Source: Eledone cirrhosa (lineage: Eukaryota). Taken from it: 64,000 bases of DNA. The translations under genes were made by a program, and so were the position numbers. The DNA lies in the NCBI GenBank assembly GCA_964016885.1, contig OZ024752.1, forward strand, positions 9,672,001-9,736,000. The letters run 5' to 3'. Shown in pieces: positions 13,384 through 26,818 of this stretch (its first letter is position 1; the number at the start of each line of letters is the position of its first letter). The notes beneath the pieces are model-generated. The model saw nothing but the letters and a program-made list of their open reading frames with translations, made no database searches and was not told the DNA's origin.

Positions 13384-13787
13384 AATACCTGGTATCTGTA
13401 TGCTACTGAGTTTGATATCTCTGTTTAGAGAGCGAGAAGGATTAAAAGAGGGAGAGAAAATTGTTATATGCAAATATATTGAGATATAAACTGATCAAGT
13501 ATTGGATGTAAACTTAGAACGGCTGATAAAATGTCAACTATAGATATAACGAGATCCCATTTAAATGGATATTGAAGTCTGATAAAACGATATGCGACGG
13601 AAATGGATATCAGAAATGTGTAGCTTTACAATACAGTAAACTTCATAAATATCTAAATCGTACTTCTTATATACGCAAGTAATATTATTCCGAATCTTAA
13701 GCATTATATCATATACAACCCGCTCATACATACTGTGTATATATATGAACATATATACATAAATAGATATCTCTATATATATAAATA

Positions 13788-13952
13788 ATTGGGACAAGTA
13801 TGACCCCGACGGCAGAGCTCAAGCCGTTTCGACGGCTTGAGCTCTGCCGTCGGGGTCATACTTGTTCCTATTACCCACTCTACTACCCTAAGTATTGAAT
13901 ACTTTGGTGCGTTATGGTCTATCTGGTTCATTACCACAATTCGTTCGTTTTA
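13788..13952. mobile_element. Family A fold-back insert (near-perfect palindrome centred about 13829)
   Basis: ACAAGTATGACCCCGACGGCAGAGCTCAAGCCGT / ACGGCTTGAGCTCTGCCGTCGGGGTCATACTTGT. Confidence 0.85.
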
Positions 13953-14233
13953 TAAATATATATATATATATATGAACATATGGACATGTATATATATATA
14001 TATATATAAACATATATACATGTATATATATATATGAACATAATATACACACTTATATATACATAAATAGGTATCTATCTATATATATGTATATATACAT
14101 ACATATATAAACATATATACACACTTATATATACATAAATATACATATATACAAACTTATATATACATATAAACATATATACATATAAATATACATATAT
14201 ATATATATATATAAATATACATATATACAAACT

Positions 14234-14264
<31 letters not shown>

Positions 14265-14374
14265 TTATACAAACATATATATACATAAATACATTTATAC
14301 AAACTTATATATACATAAATATACATATATACTCACACATACACATGTATACACACACATATATATATGTGTAC

Positions 14375-14936
14375 AACCTGTCTAATGGTCGGGTCGTTGG
14401 CGACTAAACTGGCAACTCCACCAAGGTTTCTTGGTGAGGAGGGTGACTTTGGACATCCTGCAGGACTAAAAACAAAACCTGTCAAAGGCCAAAGGACCTC
14501 TTAAGAGTCAATGGCCATCCAAAATCACCGGGAGAGATGACCCCTTAGCCTTTGTCAAGGCAGAATTCTAGGAGAAGAAAAACTCTGATATAACACCTGC
14601 AACCCTGATGGTATCCAATGATGTTGACTTGTTCTTCTTTTTGGTAAATATCATCTTGGTTAAGAGAGTGGGACTGTTTTGTGCAGTGCCTTTGCTCACT
14701 ATAAAAGCTTCACGGCACAGGCATTGCTTTGTATCTGGAGATCTCTCTGCACTTGTCGTGACATGGTACCATGGGCCCAGCACTATGTGTCAATAATTGT
14801 CACAAGTGTAGTGTTTGTACCAGAGTTTTCAAGTCGCTGGCTGGACTAAAAATCACACTCGTTCAGCGCATCGGTAGGTGTTCTCCTACATGGATATAAA
14901 GTAGTGGCCGTACTCGAAAACGAGTTGGCAGCCACC
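14375..14936. mobile_element. Unclassified GC-richer interspersed repeat between TA tracts (possibly a LINE 5' UTR)
   Basis: Abrupt compositional change; no recognisable ORF. Confidence 0.35.
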
Positions 14937-15054
14937 ATATATATATATATAGATAAATCTACCAAAATATCCGGTAGTGTCCAATCCGTATGAAGAACTC
15001 AATGTATACATATGAAGAACTCAATATTTATCCGTAGAAGAACTCAATATATAC

Positions 15055-15089
<35 letters not shown>

Positions 15090-15115
15090 CACAGTTATGT
15101 ACTTATATACACACG

Positions 15116-15153
<38 letters not shown>

Positions 15154-15185
15154 ATTATGTACTTATATACACACGTATAAATATA

Positions 15186-15230
<45 letters not shown>

Positions 15231-15291
15231 ACAATTATGTACTTATATACACATAAATAGGTATATATATACAAACACACACATATATATA

Positions 15292-15474
15292 TAATTGTTT
15301 CTACTTTAGGCACAAGGCCAGCAATTACCCAGTACATTACTGGTACTTTATTTTATCGACCCCGTAAGGATGAAAGGCAAAGTTAACCTCGGCGGGATTT
15401 GAACTCAGACTGTAAAGGGACGTAACTATGCTAGAAAGCATGGCGTCCAACCCTCTACCGATACTGCCAATTCA
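15292..15474 (-). mobile_element. SINE family 1
   Basis: Full consensus match. Confidence 0.9.
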
Positions 15475-16022
15475 CACATATATATAATATATATATATAA
15501 TATATGACTACGCCTTCATATTATCATCGTCTGAGAGGAAATTTGAATAAGCAAGAGTTATTTAATGTATATTCTCAATTTGCTGTGAATCGACGTTAAG
15601 AGCAAATATTTAATCTCTTACAGAAATCTACACCTGTTCATCTGATATTATTCTAAAGTATCTTATTTACTCTCAGAAAAAATAAACCCATTAGATGGTG
15701 TGAAAATAAACTTCATATTTCTCTCGATTCCATAAATCTTAGTTTTACAGCTTCCAGTGATTATGGGATCAAATAGTACGTTAATTCAAATATGTTTTTC
15801 TTCTAGTAGTTAAGATGTTCATATCCTCCAAAAGAATTAATGAAAGGAAATGCTTCCTCTACAGAAATGTTCTAAAATATTTTAAATATCAATTTCAATG
15901 AAAGTATACTGAGAGATAATTAACATGAAGTGTATTTCATATAAGGACTTAAAACTTGCATTAAAAAACATTTTTCAATGCAAGTTTTAACTGTTAATTG
16001 GATACCAAAACTTCAATCTTAC

Positions 16023-16061
<39 letters not shown>

Positions 16062-16067
16062 TATATA

Positions 16068-16395
16068 TAGTGATAGAGTGAAGAATAACATGGTCATCTC
16101 TACAAAGAGGGTTTTATTTACAGTAACAACAATTGTTTCATTGATCAGGTGAGCCTAAAGGCCGCGAATCACTCGAAATTTCGTCACTCTCATAAAGTGT
16201 GTCTCTGATCAAATTACAATATTCTGATCTAATCACAGTATTCCGATAATTATCGGAATACTGTGTTTAAGGCCGAGTGACGCAATTTCGACTGATTAGC
16301 GGCCTTTAAACTCACCTGATCAATAAAACATTGTTAATACTGTAAATAAAACCCTTTTTGTACAGCCGACCATGTTATTCTTCACTCTTTCACTA
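16068..16395. mobile_element. Fold-back element family I next to (TA)n
   Basis: About 120-bp imperfect inverted arms plus central perfect palindrome CACAGTATTCCGATAATTATCGGAATACTGTG (16234-16265). Confidence 0.8.
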
Positions 16396-16565
16396 CTATT
16401 ACTCCAAGAATCACCTACATGGAAATTCTCGCAAACTCGTTACCTAACTAAGGTAACCTCTTGTTGAGTCAAACAACGCCGTACGTTAAAACTATCCATA
16501 GTACAGAGTACTACAACCTCTAACTGGATTACCTATAACGATAACTTGTTATCCCATATATATAT

Positions 16566-16733
16566 AAGTTTATCCCGGGTTCAATCGGGCGTAACAACAG
16601 TAACTAAGGTACTCAATACATAGCAGAGTATACATATTTAATGTAGAATGGCTTCTACAGGACTAGAACTCTTTCATTCGGGAAATCATCGACGATTTCT
16701 CCCGAATGAAACAGTTCTAATCCTGTAGAAGCC

Positions 16734-16737
<4 letters not shown>
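16566..16737. mobile_element. Family B fold-back insert; HHR core destroyed at the inversion point
   Basis: Homologous to 42662-42853 and 31165-31348. Confidence 0.85.
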
Positions 16738-16823
<86 letters not shown>

Positions 16824-16879
16824 ATGTGTGTGTATTTATGTATATATGTATGCGTGTGTATGTGTGTGTGTATGTGTGT

Positions 16880-17043
16880 AGCTTGTCCTTAAAAAATGCA
16901 TTAATATAAATTCAGTATTAAACTATGAAAAACGTTTGTGTTTACATACAATTGAATTATGTCTGTAATATTTTATTTTCGGGAAAGGCTGGCTGTGGTT
17001 TCTAATAATAAAAGTATGGATATATTTTTGGAGGACACCCTGT
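16880..17043 (-). mobile_element. Possible Tc1/mariner MITE remnant
   Basis: The end TTTTGGAGGACACCCTG|TA is a mariner-like TIR; the other end is degenerate. Confidence 0.45.
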
Positions 17044-17507
17044 ATATATCTATATATATAGTGAGGGAAAGAGAGAGCCAGAAAGACAAGAGATAGAGAG
17101 AGCCATAAAGACAAGAGATAGAGAGAGCCATAAAGACAAGTGATAGAGAGAGCCAGAAGACAAAAGATAGAGAGGGACTAATGTATGTTTATTATAAATA
17201 AAAAAAATGTATGTTCTTTTAAACAGCCTTATTCTGAACTCAATTATGAAAGACACTATATTATTGGTATTTCTTATACCCCCCTACACACACACACACA
17301 TTATATATATAAATTAGATTTGAGAAAAACCACAAACCCTCCATCTCAATTCTACCTTTGAAAAGCAGAAGAACTGCGAAACCGGTAAAAAATGTTATAA
17401 AAAAAGACTCCAGTTGCATTTTCGATTTCATCTTTTTTCCTTATACTTTCACTCGTGTAGTACACCTCGTTTTTTTTTTCATTTTGTAAAAAAACCTCAC
17501 TTTCTAA

Positions 17508-18322
17508 TCTATATATATAAAACTGTGGTTGTCTGTCTGTCTATCGATTTTTGGCACACATCTCCTCTTAGAATCTCTGACGCAATTGCACCGAAATTGC
17601 TATACTTGTACATTGAGCCCTAGCGAAGACATCGGAAAAAAAATATTTCAAATTAACCCACCCTATGTGACGAAATCGAATATAATGTATCGATTTTTGA
17701 GCGTAAGTTATCAGTTATTTCCCTTTGTTCTGTTTACATTGAGCGTCTTACGTAAAAAATTACGCTGGCTTTCTCAGCGTTTAAAATGACATTAACACAA
17801 TACACGAACAGTTGTCGAGCCAGCAAAATATTGACCTGCAAAATTCATCAGTTCGAACACTAAGCTTCCGTTTTGCTTCATTTCCATTTAAAAGCATTTT
17901 AAAACAATATTTTTACTTGAAAACAAGTCTATTTAAAGACTACGTAAAACAAGCAAATATTTCAGGCGTGCAGACAGACAGTCGTGCAGAGAGGTGATAT
18001 AGGCGTGCAGACAGACATAACTGATAATTTGGTTACGCTAATGTTTTTCTCTGCGTTGCAGTGTTTACATTTTCGATCTTTGTTAATAAATAACCAGTGC
18101 AGTTTTTATCCCCAGCATCCTCTTTTGTTATAACATTCGGATTATCGTTATGTTTTCTTAACTTCATAAGGCATATTGTTGGTTGAGGGAATATTAATCA
18201 AAAACACCACATGCAAGTCTGCACAGTAGACATTACAGTTTTTAAGCCAAAAAAGAAACTTAACATTGTAACTTTAACACAGCTACTGAGCGACCCCGAG
18301 CAACGCCGGGCTTTACTGCTAG
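17508..18322 (+). mobile_element. Non-autonomous Helitron
   Basis: A|TCTATATATATAAAA start, (GTCT)n, subterminal hairpin CCCG-AGCAACG-CCGGG, CTAG|T end. Confidence 0.85.
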
Positions 18323-18383
18323 TATATATATATAAGAAAGTGAGGTTTTTCGACGGCTTTTCCCTATATATATATATATATAT

Positions 18384-18562
18384 TAGAAAGTGAGGTTTTT
18401 CGACGGCTATTTCTAGGCCATAGGTCTAGAAATAGGCGTCGAAACGGCTTGAGCTCTGCCGTCGGGGTCATACTATTTCCTATTTATCCACTCTATTACC
18501 ATAAGTATTGAGTACTCTGGTGCGTTATGGTCCATCTGGTTCCTTACCACAATTCCTTCGTT
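18384..18562 (+). mobile_element. Family A insert with short inversion in HHR domain II
   Basis: TTTCGACGGCTATTTCTAG..CTAGAAATAGGCGTCGAAACGGC..GCCGTCGGGGTC; ends in (TA)n. Confidence 0.85.
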
Positions 18563-18691
18563 ATATATATATATATATAATACAATATGTTGAAAAGGTA
18601 ACACACTAGAGAGAGAGATAGTGCGCCATAAATCAAACGGGGAAAAACGACCTGTGTATGGAATCTATAAGCCATGGCTCAGTTAATTTAT

Positions 18692-18742
<51 letters not shown>

Positions 18743-19273
18743 ATAATCATAATGATTTGAAGATGCACCTGATGTTTTTTGTATACATTCACTTTTACAA
18801 CATACAACGAAAATAAATCAGTTCATAGAAAGTAAATTATACATATAGATTTACTATAGTAAATTTTCAGAAATAATTATGACTATCTCATTCTGTTTTT
18901 GCATTAACCGTTTTCACTCTAAGTAGCTTTCAAAGATTCATATCTTTCTCTATGCCATGTTGCATTGAATCCTTTATTTGGTGTTGTTTGACGCTTATTT
19001 TTTTCCAGACAGTCCTTTGCGTAACTCTTGGGTTGCGCAGAACATAATTTGGGAACCACTGACTTAGAGATATTGAAACTGAGCAAAATCATATCAACCT
19101 CCACAATCTCAAAAGATCTGTAAAAATCATGGTAATGGTTATTATCTCTTGAGTAAATAATAACAAGCTTCACCAACAGACTAAAACCACAGATAAATTT
19201 GGGTCATCTTGATCCCCTGTCTAACCTACACCAAATATAAAAACATCAGAAACTTGAAACAGAAATGGTTCAT

Positions 19274-19803
19274 AAATAAATTTCAGTTTCTGCAAGCTAT
19301 TTATTCATTAACATTATCTTTTAAACATATGTGATTCATCAGTATTTACATTACATGTATTGTTTTAACCAACATGATGGATAATTATGTTGAATTAAAC
19401 AACAATTATTATCAACTATTGTTTAAATCACTAATTAGCACTCAAAAATACATAAGCAATCCAAAGTCTACTATCGATGATCTCATACGTCATAACAAAT
19501 TATAACACCTTCCTTCATTTTTCTGACCTTCTGAAAACTTGAGAATTCGAATTAATACAACTATTTACAAATATTGAATACATCAAGTCACCAGTATTTG
19601 GCTTCTAGTAGGATTACGTGCTTATGTATTTTTGAGTGCTAATTAGTGATTTAAACAACAGTTGATAATAATTGTTGTTTAATTCAACATAATTATCTAT
19701 CATGTTGGTTAAAACAATACATGTAATGTAAATACTGATGAATCACATATGTTTAAAAGATAATGTTAATGAATAAATAGCTTGCAGAAACGGAAATTTA
19801 TTT
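19274..19803. repeat. Long inverted repeat (about 185-bp near-identical arms, about 160-bp spacer)
   Basis: 19274-19458 is the reverse complement of 19619-19803. Confidence 0.92.
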
Positions 19804-20325
19804 CAATTACATGTCCTTATTACATTCTCTAAATAATTAATAACTTCATCAATCTCATTTAATTCAAATATAATTGGGTGAGATCTGTTGTTAAAACTCC
19901 CAGTTCACATTGCCTAGCACTTGTACGTAACTTTCGAAAACCCCACTTAATTAGACTCCTTATACTAGAGGAGTAATGAGAAAATATGCACGCAAACCAC
20001 TTATTAAATTCTGAAGTAAAAAACCCATTCGAAAAACCGTTTAATCAACATGCACTACACATCTAGTTATTAAATTATTGCCATCGTTATCTGTTAATTA
20101 ATAATCATTACGCCGTTACGTGTTAAATACATAGAGATATATAGCATAGAAACAGGTGGGTGTAGCTGCGAAGGTTTTAAGTTTGTTAAATATGAAACTG
20201 AAGGAATACAAAGTTAAATAATTATTCCTATACACTACAGACGTTCAGAGAAATATAAGCACACATGAATTCAGCTTCTTTATCTAGGGTCAGATTTAAT
20301 GGTATGGGGACGGGACATGATGAAA

Positions 20326-20620
20326 TAATTGTTTCTACTTTTTGCACAAGGGCAGCAATTACCCCAGTGCATTACTGGTACTACATTTTATCGACCCCGT
20401 AAGGATGAAAGGCAAAATTAACCTCGACGGGATTTGAACTCAGACAGTAAAGAGACGTAACTATGCTAGAAAGCATGGCGTCCGACCCTCTACCGATACT
20501 GTCAAGTCCATTCTGTAAAGTGGTTGGTGTTAGGAAAGGTAGAAACCATGCCAAATATGGAATATACGAGAGAGACCTTGTTCTCTGATTAGTCAAGCCT
20601 CAAATTATGCTGATCCATCC
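20326..20620 (-). mobile_element. SINE family 1 copy abutting another repeat fragment
   Basis: Consensus match over 20326-20505. Confidence 0.8.
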
Positions 20621-20636
20621 AACCCATGCTAACATG

Positions 20637-21373
20637 CAAGGTCAGATTTAATGGGGTGCAGAAGAGCCAACTGCCCGGGCCCCATGCAGATATGAGCCCC
20701 ACTAACGACGGCCGTAGCAATTTATTTGTGCTTCAACAGGGCTTGTTACGTTTAGGTTGGCTAGAATTTTTGAATTTAATACCTGTTTGTATAACTTTTG
20801 TAATTCCAATTACTTGTACCGATATAACTTTGATATGTAAAATTTGGAGGTTTTCTGTGTATTCTAGCTTTTTGTGTTAGACCCCCCCCCCACTAACCAG
20901 ATGTGCTCCATCTTTATCAGTACTTCATTTTCAACAGTCTTTATCTACAGCTAACTATTTCTTCATACCAGCTGAGACCAGCATTGGAACAAGTAACTAA
21001 TAAACTAAATATTACCTACCAAACATACAATAATTCAAAGAACCTAGTAATTTCTTCGGTTTTTCTGGGCCCTATGAAATAAAACATATATATTTCTAGC
21101 ATATATAGATCAATCAACATGTTAATCTACACGATTAAAGAAGGAGTATTAAAAACAGGTACGAAATGTCGCAGCACATAGAGTAATGGCACCCAAGTTG
21201 GGAGGACTTTGAGGTTAATTTGGACTCAACTTTAGATCAGAAAATAAAGTATTTTAGAAGACTACCCGCCGATTTCTTAATAAATAGTCACTCTGCATGC
21301 CTGCTTTCAGGAACTCGTCCGAGTTTATTTCTCAAGAAAGTTGTACTCTTTGCTGATCTCTTAAATCCAGCCC
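20637..21373. mobile_element. Possible hAT-like MITE
   Basis: GGTCAGATTTA..TAAATCCAGCCC imperfect TIR, GC-rich subterminus GCCCGGGCCCC; the left end also appears at 20286. Confidence 0.35.
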
Positions 21374-21393
21374 CAACCAGCATCTTCCGATGT

Positions 21394-21570
21394 TCATGAG
21401 ATATATCTAGGGGTTTGCGCTAAAGTCTCGAAAGCTGAGGCCACCAGAGCAATTAAAGTACAAACGTTTAGCTTACTATTTTCATGAGATATTTCTAGGA
21501 GTGTGCGCTAACCTCTCGAAAACTGAGGCCACCGGAGCAATTAAAGCACAAAAGTTTAACTTGCCATTTT
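21394..21570. repeat. About 88-bp tandem duplication
   Basis: TTCATGAGATAT..CTGAGGCCACC..GCAATTAAAG occurs twice. Confidence 0.85.
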
Positions 21571-22182
21571 CAAATATACGAAGTATTTTATCATAAATAG
21601 TCATTATCTAATTAACCATATTTCTGGCCTTGTTCCAAAAGTAGAAACAATTATCTAATTAACCATATCACCAATACATATTTATACTACACATTTCAAA
21701 TAGTTTGTATATATTGTATAGCTAGATGCTATAGTTGCTGTAGTTATATGCTCCAGTGCATGGAATCATTCAAATTTAGATAAGAATTCCCTCAAGACGT
21801 CAGCTCGTATACGAAACTAAGAAATTATTAAAAAAACAACACATATCAAATATTTATCTTATTAAGTCAGTACTTAGCAAAGTCAGAACTGTTAAGTTAA
21901 CTATTACATTTAATTAGTTATTACACAGGTTAGATTGCATTACATAACTATAACTTATTAAATTAGAAACTTTAGTGTTATGGAGACAAGACGTAGGTAA
22001 TTGAAAGTATAATTCTCTGACAGACAACTAAATCTCAAGATATATTTATTGATGTTCTCAGAACAGAATACGAGACCTTGCTAACGTTTAAGTAATGGCG
22101 GATAGATAGATATTTATTCTCATAAAAACAGTTGCTTTAATGCTATTGAGTACTTGGCTGTTACTTATTTAGATATTAAATT

Positions 22183-22655
22183 GGTGGATTGGCAGTATCG
22201 GTAGAGCGTCGGACAACATGCTTAGTGGCATAGAGTTACAGACCTTTATGTTCTGGGTTCAAATCCCGCTGAAATTAGCTTTGCTTTGCTTTTATTCCAC
22301 CGAGGTTAGCTTTCCCTGTCATCCTTACGAGCTCGATAAAATAAAGTACCAGTAATGCACTGGGGTCCATTTAACCGTCTTTCCCCTACTCCAAATTTCT
22401 CGCCTTGTGCCTATATTAGAAATCATTTATTTAGAGGGCAGTGGGTTGACAGTATCGGTAGAGCGTCGAACACCATGCTTTGCCGCTTAGAGTTACGACC
22501 CTTTACGTTCTGAGTTCAAATCCCGCCGAGGTTAACTTAGATTTTCATTGTTACGGGGTTTATAAAATAAAGTACTAGTAATGCACTGGGGTCAATTTAA
22601 CCGGCTTTCCCCTCCCCCCAAATTGCTGGCCTTGTGCCTATAGTAGAAATCATTT
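22183..22655 (+). mobile_element. Two tandem SINE family 1 copies (long-tail variant)
   Basis: Consensus matches at 22183-22425 and 22437-22655; ATTTAGATATTA flanks the pair. Confidence 0.88.
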
Positions 22656-23053
22656 ATTTAGATATTACATGACATTAACATAGCAATGTTGTCTACAACT
22701 GATCTGATTATTCAATCATTCACAAAAATTCTTGGACGAGTTCCTTCTCACTAATTTTCATTGCCTTCTCCGTGTAATCTTAACTTCATTAATCAAGCTA
22801 ACTAATTATCCAAGTGGCGAGAATTTACTACAGAAGTCGTGGGTTTCAAGGCATTTACAGGTGGCACTCCAGTAGGCATTACCAAGGAAACTAAAACACG
22901 AAAACCACAACAACAACAACAACAAACAAAAGCATTTTCTATGTTTCTTTCAGTTCTTATTTCAAATCAATCAGCGTTACTTTTTAAGAATAGTATTACT
23001 GACACTCAAGATGAGAATATGCTGAGGTGTGTTTTATTATTTATGTAATGGTA

Positions 23054-23273
23054 AGGTGGTAGTATGGCAGTATTGGTAGAGCGTCAGATACCATGCTTTG
23101 TAGCATAGAGTTACGGCCCTTTGTGATCCGAGTTCAAAACCCGCCGAGGTTAACTTTGCCTTTCATACTTGCGGGGTCGATAAAATAAAGTACCTGTCAC
23201 GCACTGGGATCGATTTAATCGACTTTCCCCTCCCCCAAATTACTGGTTTTGTGCCTATATAAGAAAGCATTAT
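23054..23273 (+). mobile_element. SINE family 1 (long-tail variant)
   Basis: Consensus match. Confidence 0.88.
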
Positions 23274-23433
23274 TTAAGTAATAGTAATATTATTGTAGGC
23301 GGCGAATTGCCCGATACGTTGACTCTAAAACACATCCTTCTTTCTCAAAGCGTGAAACTAATATACTTTACCTTATTTCATCGCCTTATACATTCGTTTC
23401 TCGTCTTCTTGACTTTATATATATATATATATA

Positions 23434-23812
23434 TATTGTTATACTTTAGTAGGGTCTGGTTACCAATAAAAACACACGCACGGTTTTCACTTCAATTTAT
23501 TATAAATTTCCGGTTGGTTGGTTCGATAACCAGAATGTTGTTTATATATTGTCAAAGAAGAGACACACACAATTGAAACCTTGTCACTGAGTAGTCACAG
23601 AATGTGTTACGAAAGAGCTTTGACAATACATAAACAACCTTCCGGTTATCAAATCAACCAAGCAACCAACCGTAAATTTATTATAAATTCAAGTTAAAAC
23701 CAACAGGTGTGTGACTTTATTGGCAACATGACCCTCCTAAAGTATAACAATATCTGTTTCAACACACGCTTTCAGAAAAAAATATCGCAAAACAAATTTT
23801 AAAATGAATTTT
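23434..23812. mobile_element. Family F-related fold-back insert between (TA)n tracts; HHR motif at 23581-23626 (+) with damaged core
   Basis: Arms 23434-23557 / 23618-23752; TTGTCA-CTGAGTA-stem II-GAAA-GAGCT-T-TGACAA; terminus homologous to 48745-48800. Confidence 0.78.
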
Positions 23813-24072
23813 TATATATATATATATATATATAACAGGCTGACCAACAAAATTTATCTCCAGCAAAATTTTATTTTAATTTGTAGCATTCCTGTGACAA
23901 TTAATTTTCTTTATACGTTAAAAAAACATACATGACAAAAAATTACATTACTACAAATCCCATATGTTATAAAATAAATAGAATGGGTTGGGGTCTCAAT
24001 ATGTAAACTAAATGACTAATTATGTGGGTTCTTTTTATAATCAACGGAGAGAACCTAGAAAAATTACCGTTT

Positions 24073-24201
24073 TTCCAACCCCACACCGATTATTCCAGCA
24101 CCACCATTTATTCCAACCCCCAACGTTTATTCCAGCTCCCACCGGTTATTCCAGCACCACGCTTATTCCCCCCCCCCCCCGTTATTTAGGACCCGAGAGT
24201 A
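24073..24201. mobile_element. One end of a Tc1/pogo-like MITE with internal TTATTCCAGCACC repeats
   Basis: Terminus CGTTATTTAGGACCCGAGAG|TA preceded by short tandem subrepeats. Confidence 0.5.
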
Positions 24202-24564
24202 CGTTATATAATATTTGACAAGAAAATATAAAAATTAATTTGCAAGATTTAATAAACGTTTATTTGTTTCATAGTTTATTTGAAATCAAGTCGAGTGGAA
24301 GAGAGAAAATTTAATTGAAATATGATATTACAAGATATTTCAATATATCTACTTCTTCGAAGATTGGTGACAGATTTTATAAACATAATAGTATGTATAT
24401 ATGTATGTATATATGTATGTTTCTCTTTCTCTTAATTTCGAGTACATTTTTGACCGGCCACCTTCCTGGTGGCAAGGTTGTAAAAGAAAAGAAATTGTCA
24501 TCTCTTGAATCGCAAGAATGTTTTGCAAATTTTGACGGTGCCAGCTATCGCAGCCATTTGTAGT

Positions 24565-24860
24565 CTATGCGTGTATGTATATATATTTGTGTGTGTATAT
24601 GTGTGTGTGTATGTGTGCGTGTGTATGTGTGCGTGTGTATGTGTGCGTGTGTATGTGTGCGTGTGTATGTGTGCGTGTGTTTGTGTGCGTGTATGTGTGC
24701 GTGTGCGTGTGCGTGCGTGTGTGTATGTGTATGTGTGTGTATATGAATATGTGTGTGTGTGTGTATGTGTATGTGTGTGTATATGTATGTGAATATATGT
24801 GTGTATGTATGTATGTGTATGCATATGTGTGTGTATATGTCTGTATGTGTATGTACGCAC
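24565..24860. repeat. (GT)/(GTGC)/(GTAT) microsatellite
   Basis: Seen directly. Confidence 0.95.
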
Positions 24861-24970
24861 CTACCTATATATGTGTTTTTCTATTTTTCCCTATAATGCC
24901 CTTTTTGTATTACGTACGTGATGGGATTTATTTTACGTCCCGTGAATATTTGTTTGAGCTATCATATAGG

Positions 24971-25250
24971 AGGCGCGTGACGTAGGAGTAAGGGTGTTGG
25001 ATTTACGATCATAATGTCGTGGGTTCGAATCCTGGGCTGGGTTGCCTGTTGTGTTATTGATCAAAACACTTCATTTAACGTTGCTCCAGTTTACTCAGTT
25101 GTAAATGAGTACGAGCAGTAGCTGGGGGTTTAATCCTGGAATGAACTGGCGTCCCTCCAGGTAGGGAGTCTTGTACTTTCAGTCGCTTCACCCCATGAGA
25201 GCGGGTTAAGCATCGGCGTAACCAGCTTCCTGACTTAAGACAAACTTATC
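24971..25250 (+). mobile_element. Older CORE-like SINE (family 2 relative)
   Basis: tRNA-like head with GGTTCGAATCC; core TTGCTCCAGTTTACTCAG; related to 42400-42632. Confidence 0.75.
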
Positions 25251-25467
25251 AATTTCACAGGGAGAGCTTTTTAATAATTCTTTCGTAATTGCCGTTGGGT
25301 TGTTTCATATAGTGTATTGATATAGTGTAATGATATAGTGTATTGATATAGTGTATTGATATAGTGTATTGTATCGAACGGTTTGTGCGAGTGATTGAAT
25401 AGCCTATTCGCATGCTTGGGGGGTAACGACTAGGAATTATATAGTATTATAGTTAGGTGCAACAGCT

Positions 25468-25655
25468 CGGTGGATTGGCAGTATCGGTAGAGAGTCGGAC
25501 ACCATGCTTTCCAGCATAGAGTTACGGCCCTTGCTATTCTGAGTTCAAATCCCGCCGAGGTTAAATTTGCCTTTCATCCTTACGGGGTCGATAAAATAAA
25601 GTACCAGTAATACACTGGATTATTGCTGGCCTTGTGCCAAAAGTAGAAACAATTA
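25468..25655 (+). mobile_element. SINE family 1 with TSD TTATAGTTAGGTGCAA
   Basis: Direct repeat at about 25447-25462 and 25653-25668. Confidence 0.92.
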
Positions 25656-26489
25656 TAGTTAGGTGCAATCTGATACTGATTTTTAAACCCTAGTGTTTTA
25701 AAGAGCTTTATGAGCTCTTGTTATATCTGCTCTGTGGTATTGAGTCTGTAGATGGCGGGGGGTCCCCTGTTATTTCTGCTCTGTGGTGATGGTTACTAAT
25801 CCGGCGTCGCTTTAGAGACGCCGCCATAACGAAAGGAACTATTTAATCATATGATCGCAGAGAAATAAAACTTCACGAAGTATAAGTTTCAATGAGAAAG
25901 TAATTGTAAGTAGGAAAAGAGGAAAAGAACTAGTTTTTATACATTTACTATCTCAACTCGCTTTCAAATATCTAAACATATATAAAGAAAGAGACTTACT
26001 TGTTCTATGCAATCAAACCAACCAATGAACTGTCATGAAAAAAGTTTGTATCAGAAGACTAACGAAGACTCTGTCTCTAAAGATTTCTTGATATGGAAAT
26101 GCAGCCTAGCATGCCTAGAAAATAAGAAAATAGAAAGAAAATGAGTTCATATTAAATATATCTCTAAGTAAAATGATGGACGTTTATTGACGTTTCTAAA
26201 TGTTTTACTACTTTTTGTCTTGATCCGTTTGGAAATAATAATGGAACCGTGCTCAGCATCTAAAAAGATGTCTGGAACGAACTACATTTAACTTTACTAG
26301 AAGAATATATATCCTCTAAAGCACGAAAAGTTTGTAACAATTTGAATTATCAATATGCTTGTAATCTCGAATTGATCCGATTTATAAGTTTTCAATCAAT
26401 CATTATAACCTCAGTATTGGGTATTTTAGGTGTTGCAATATTGTGGCTATTCTTTATTTTGTTCCTGCATACTAATATGTATGTGTATG

Positions 26490-26511
26490 TCTCTCTCTCT
26501 CTCTCTCTCTC

Positions 26512-26558
<47 letters not shown>

Positions 26559-26711
26559 ATATATATACAGATATAGATACATACCTACTCAAATATATAT
26601 ATATATATACATATAGAGATACATACCTACACGCATATATATATGTATATATATATATATATATTATATATATATATATTATATATATACAGATATAGAT
26701 ACATACCTACA

Positions 26712-26751
<40 letters not shown>

Positions 26752-26783
26752 TACATATATACAGATAGAGATATATACCTACA

Positions 26784-26818
<35 letters not shown>

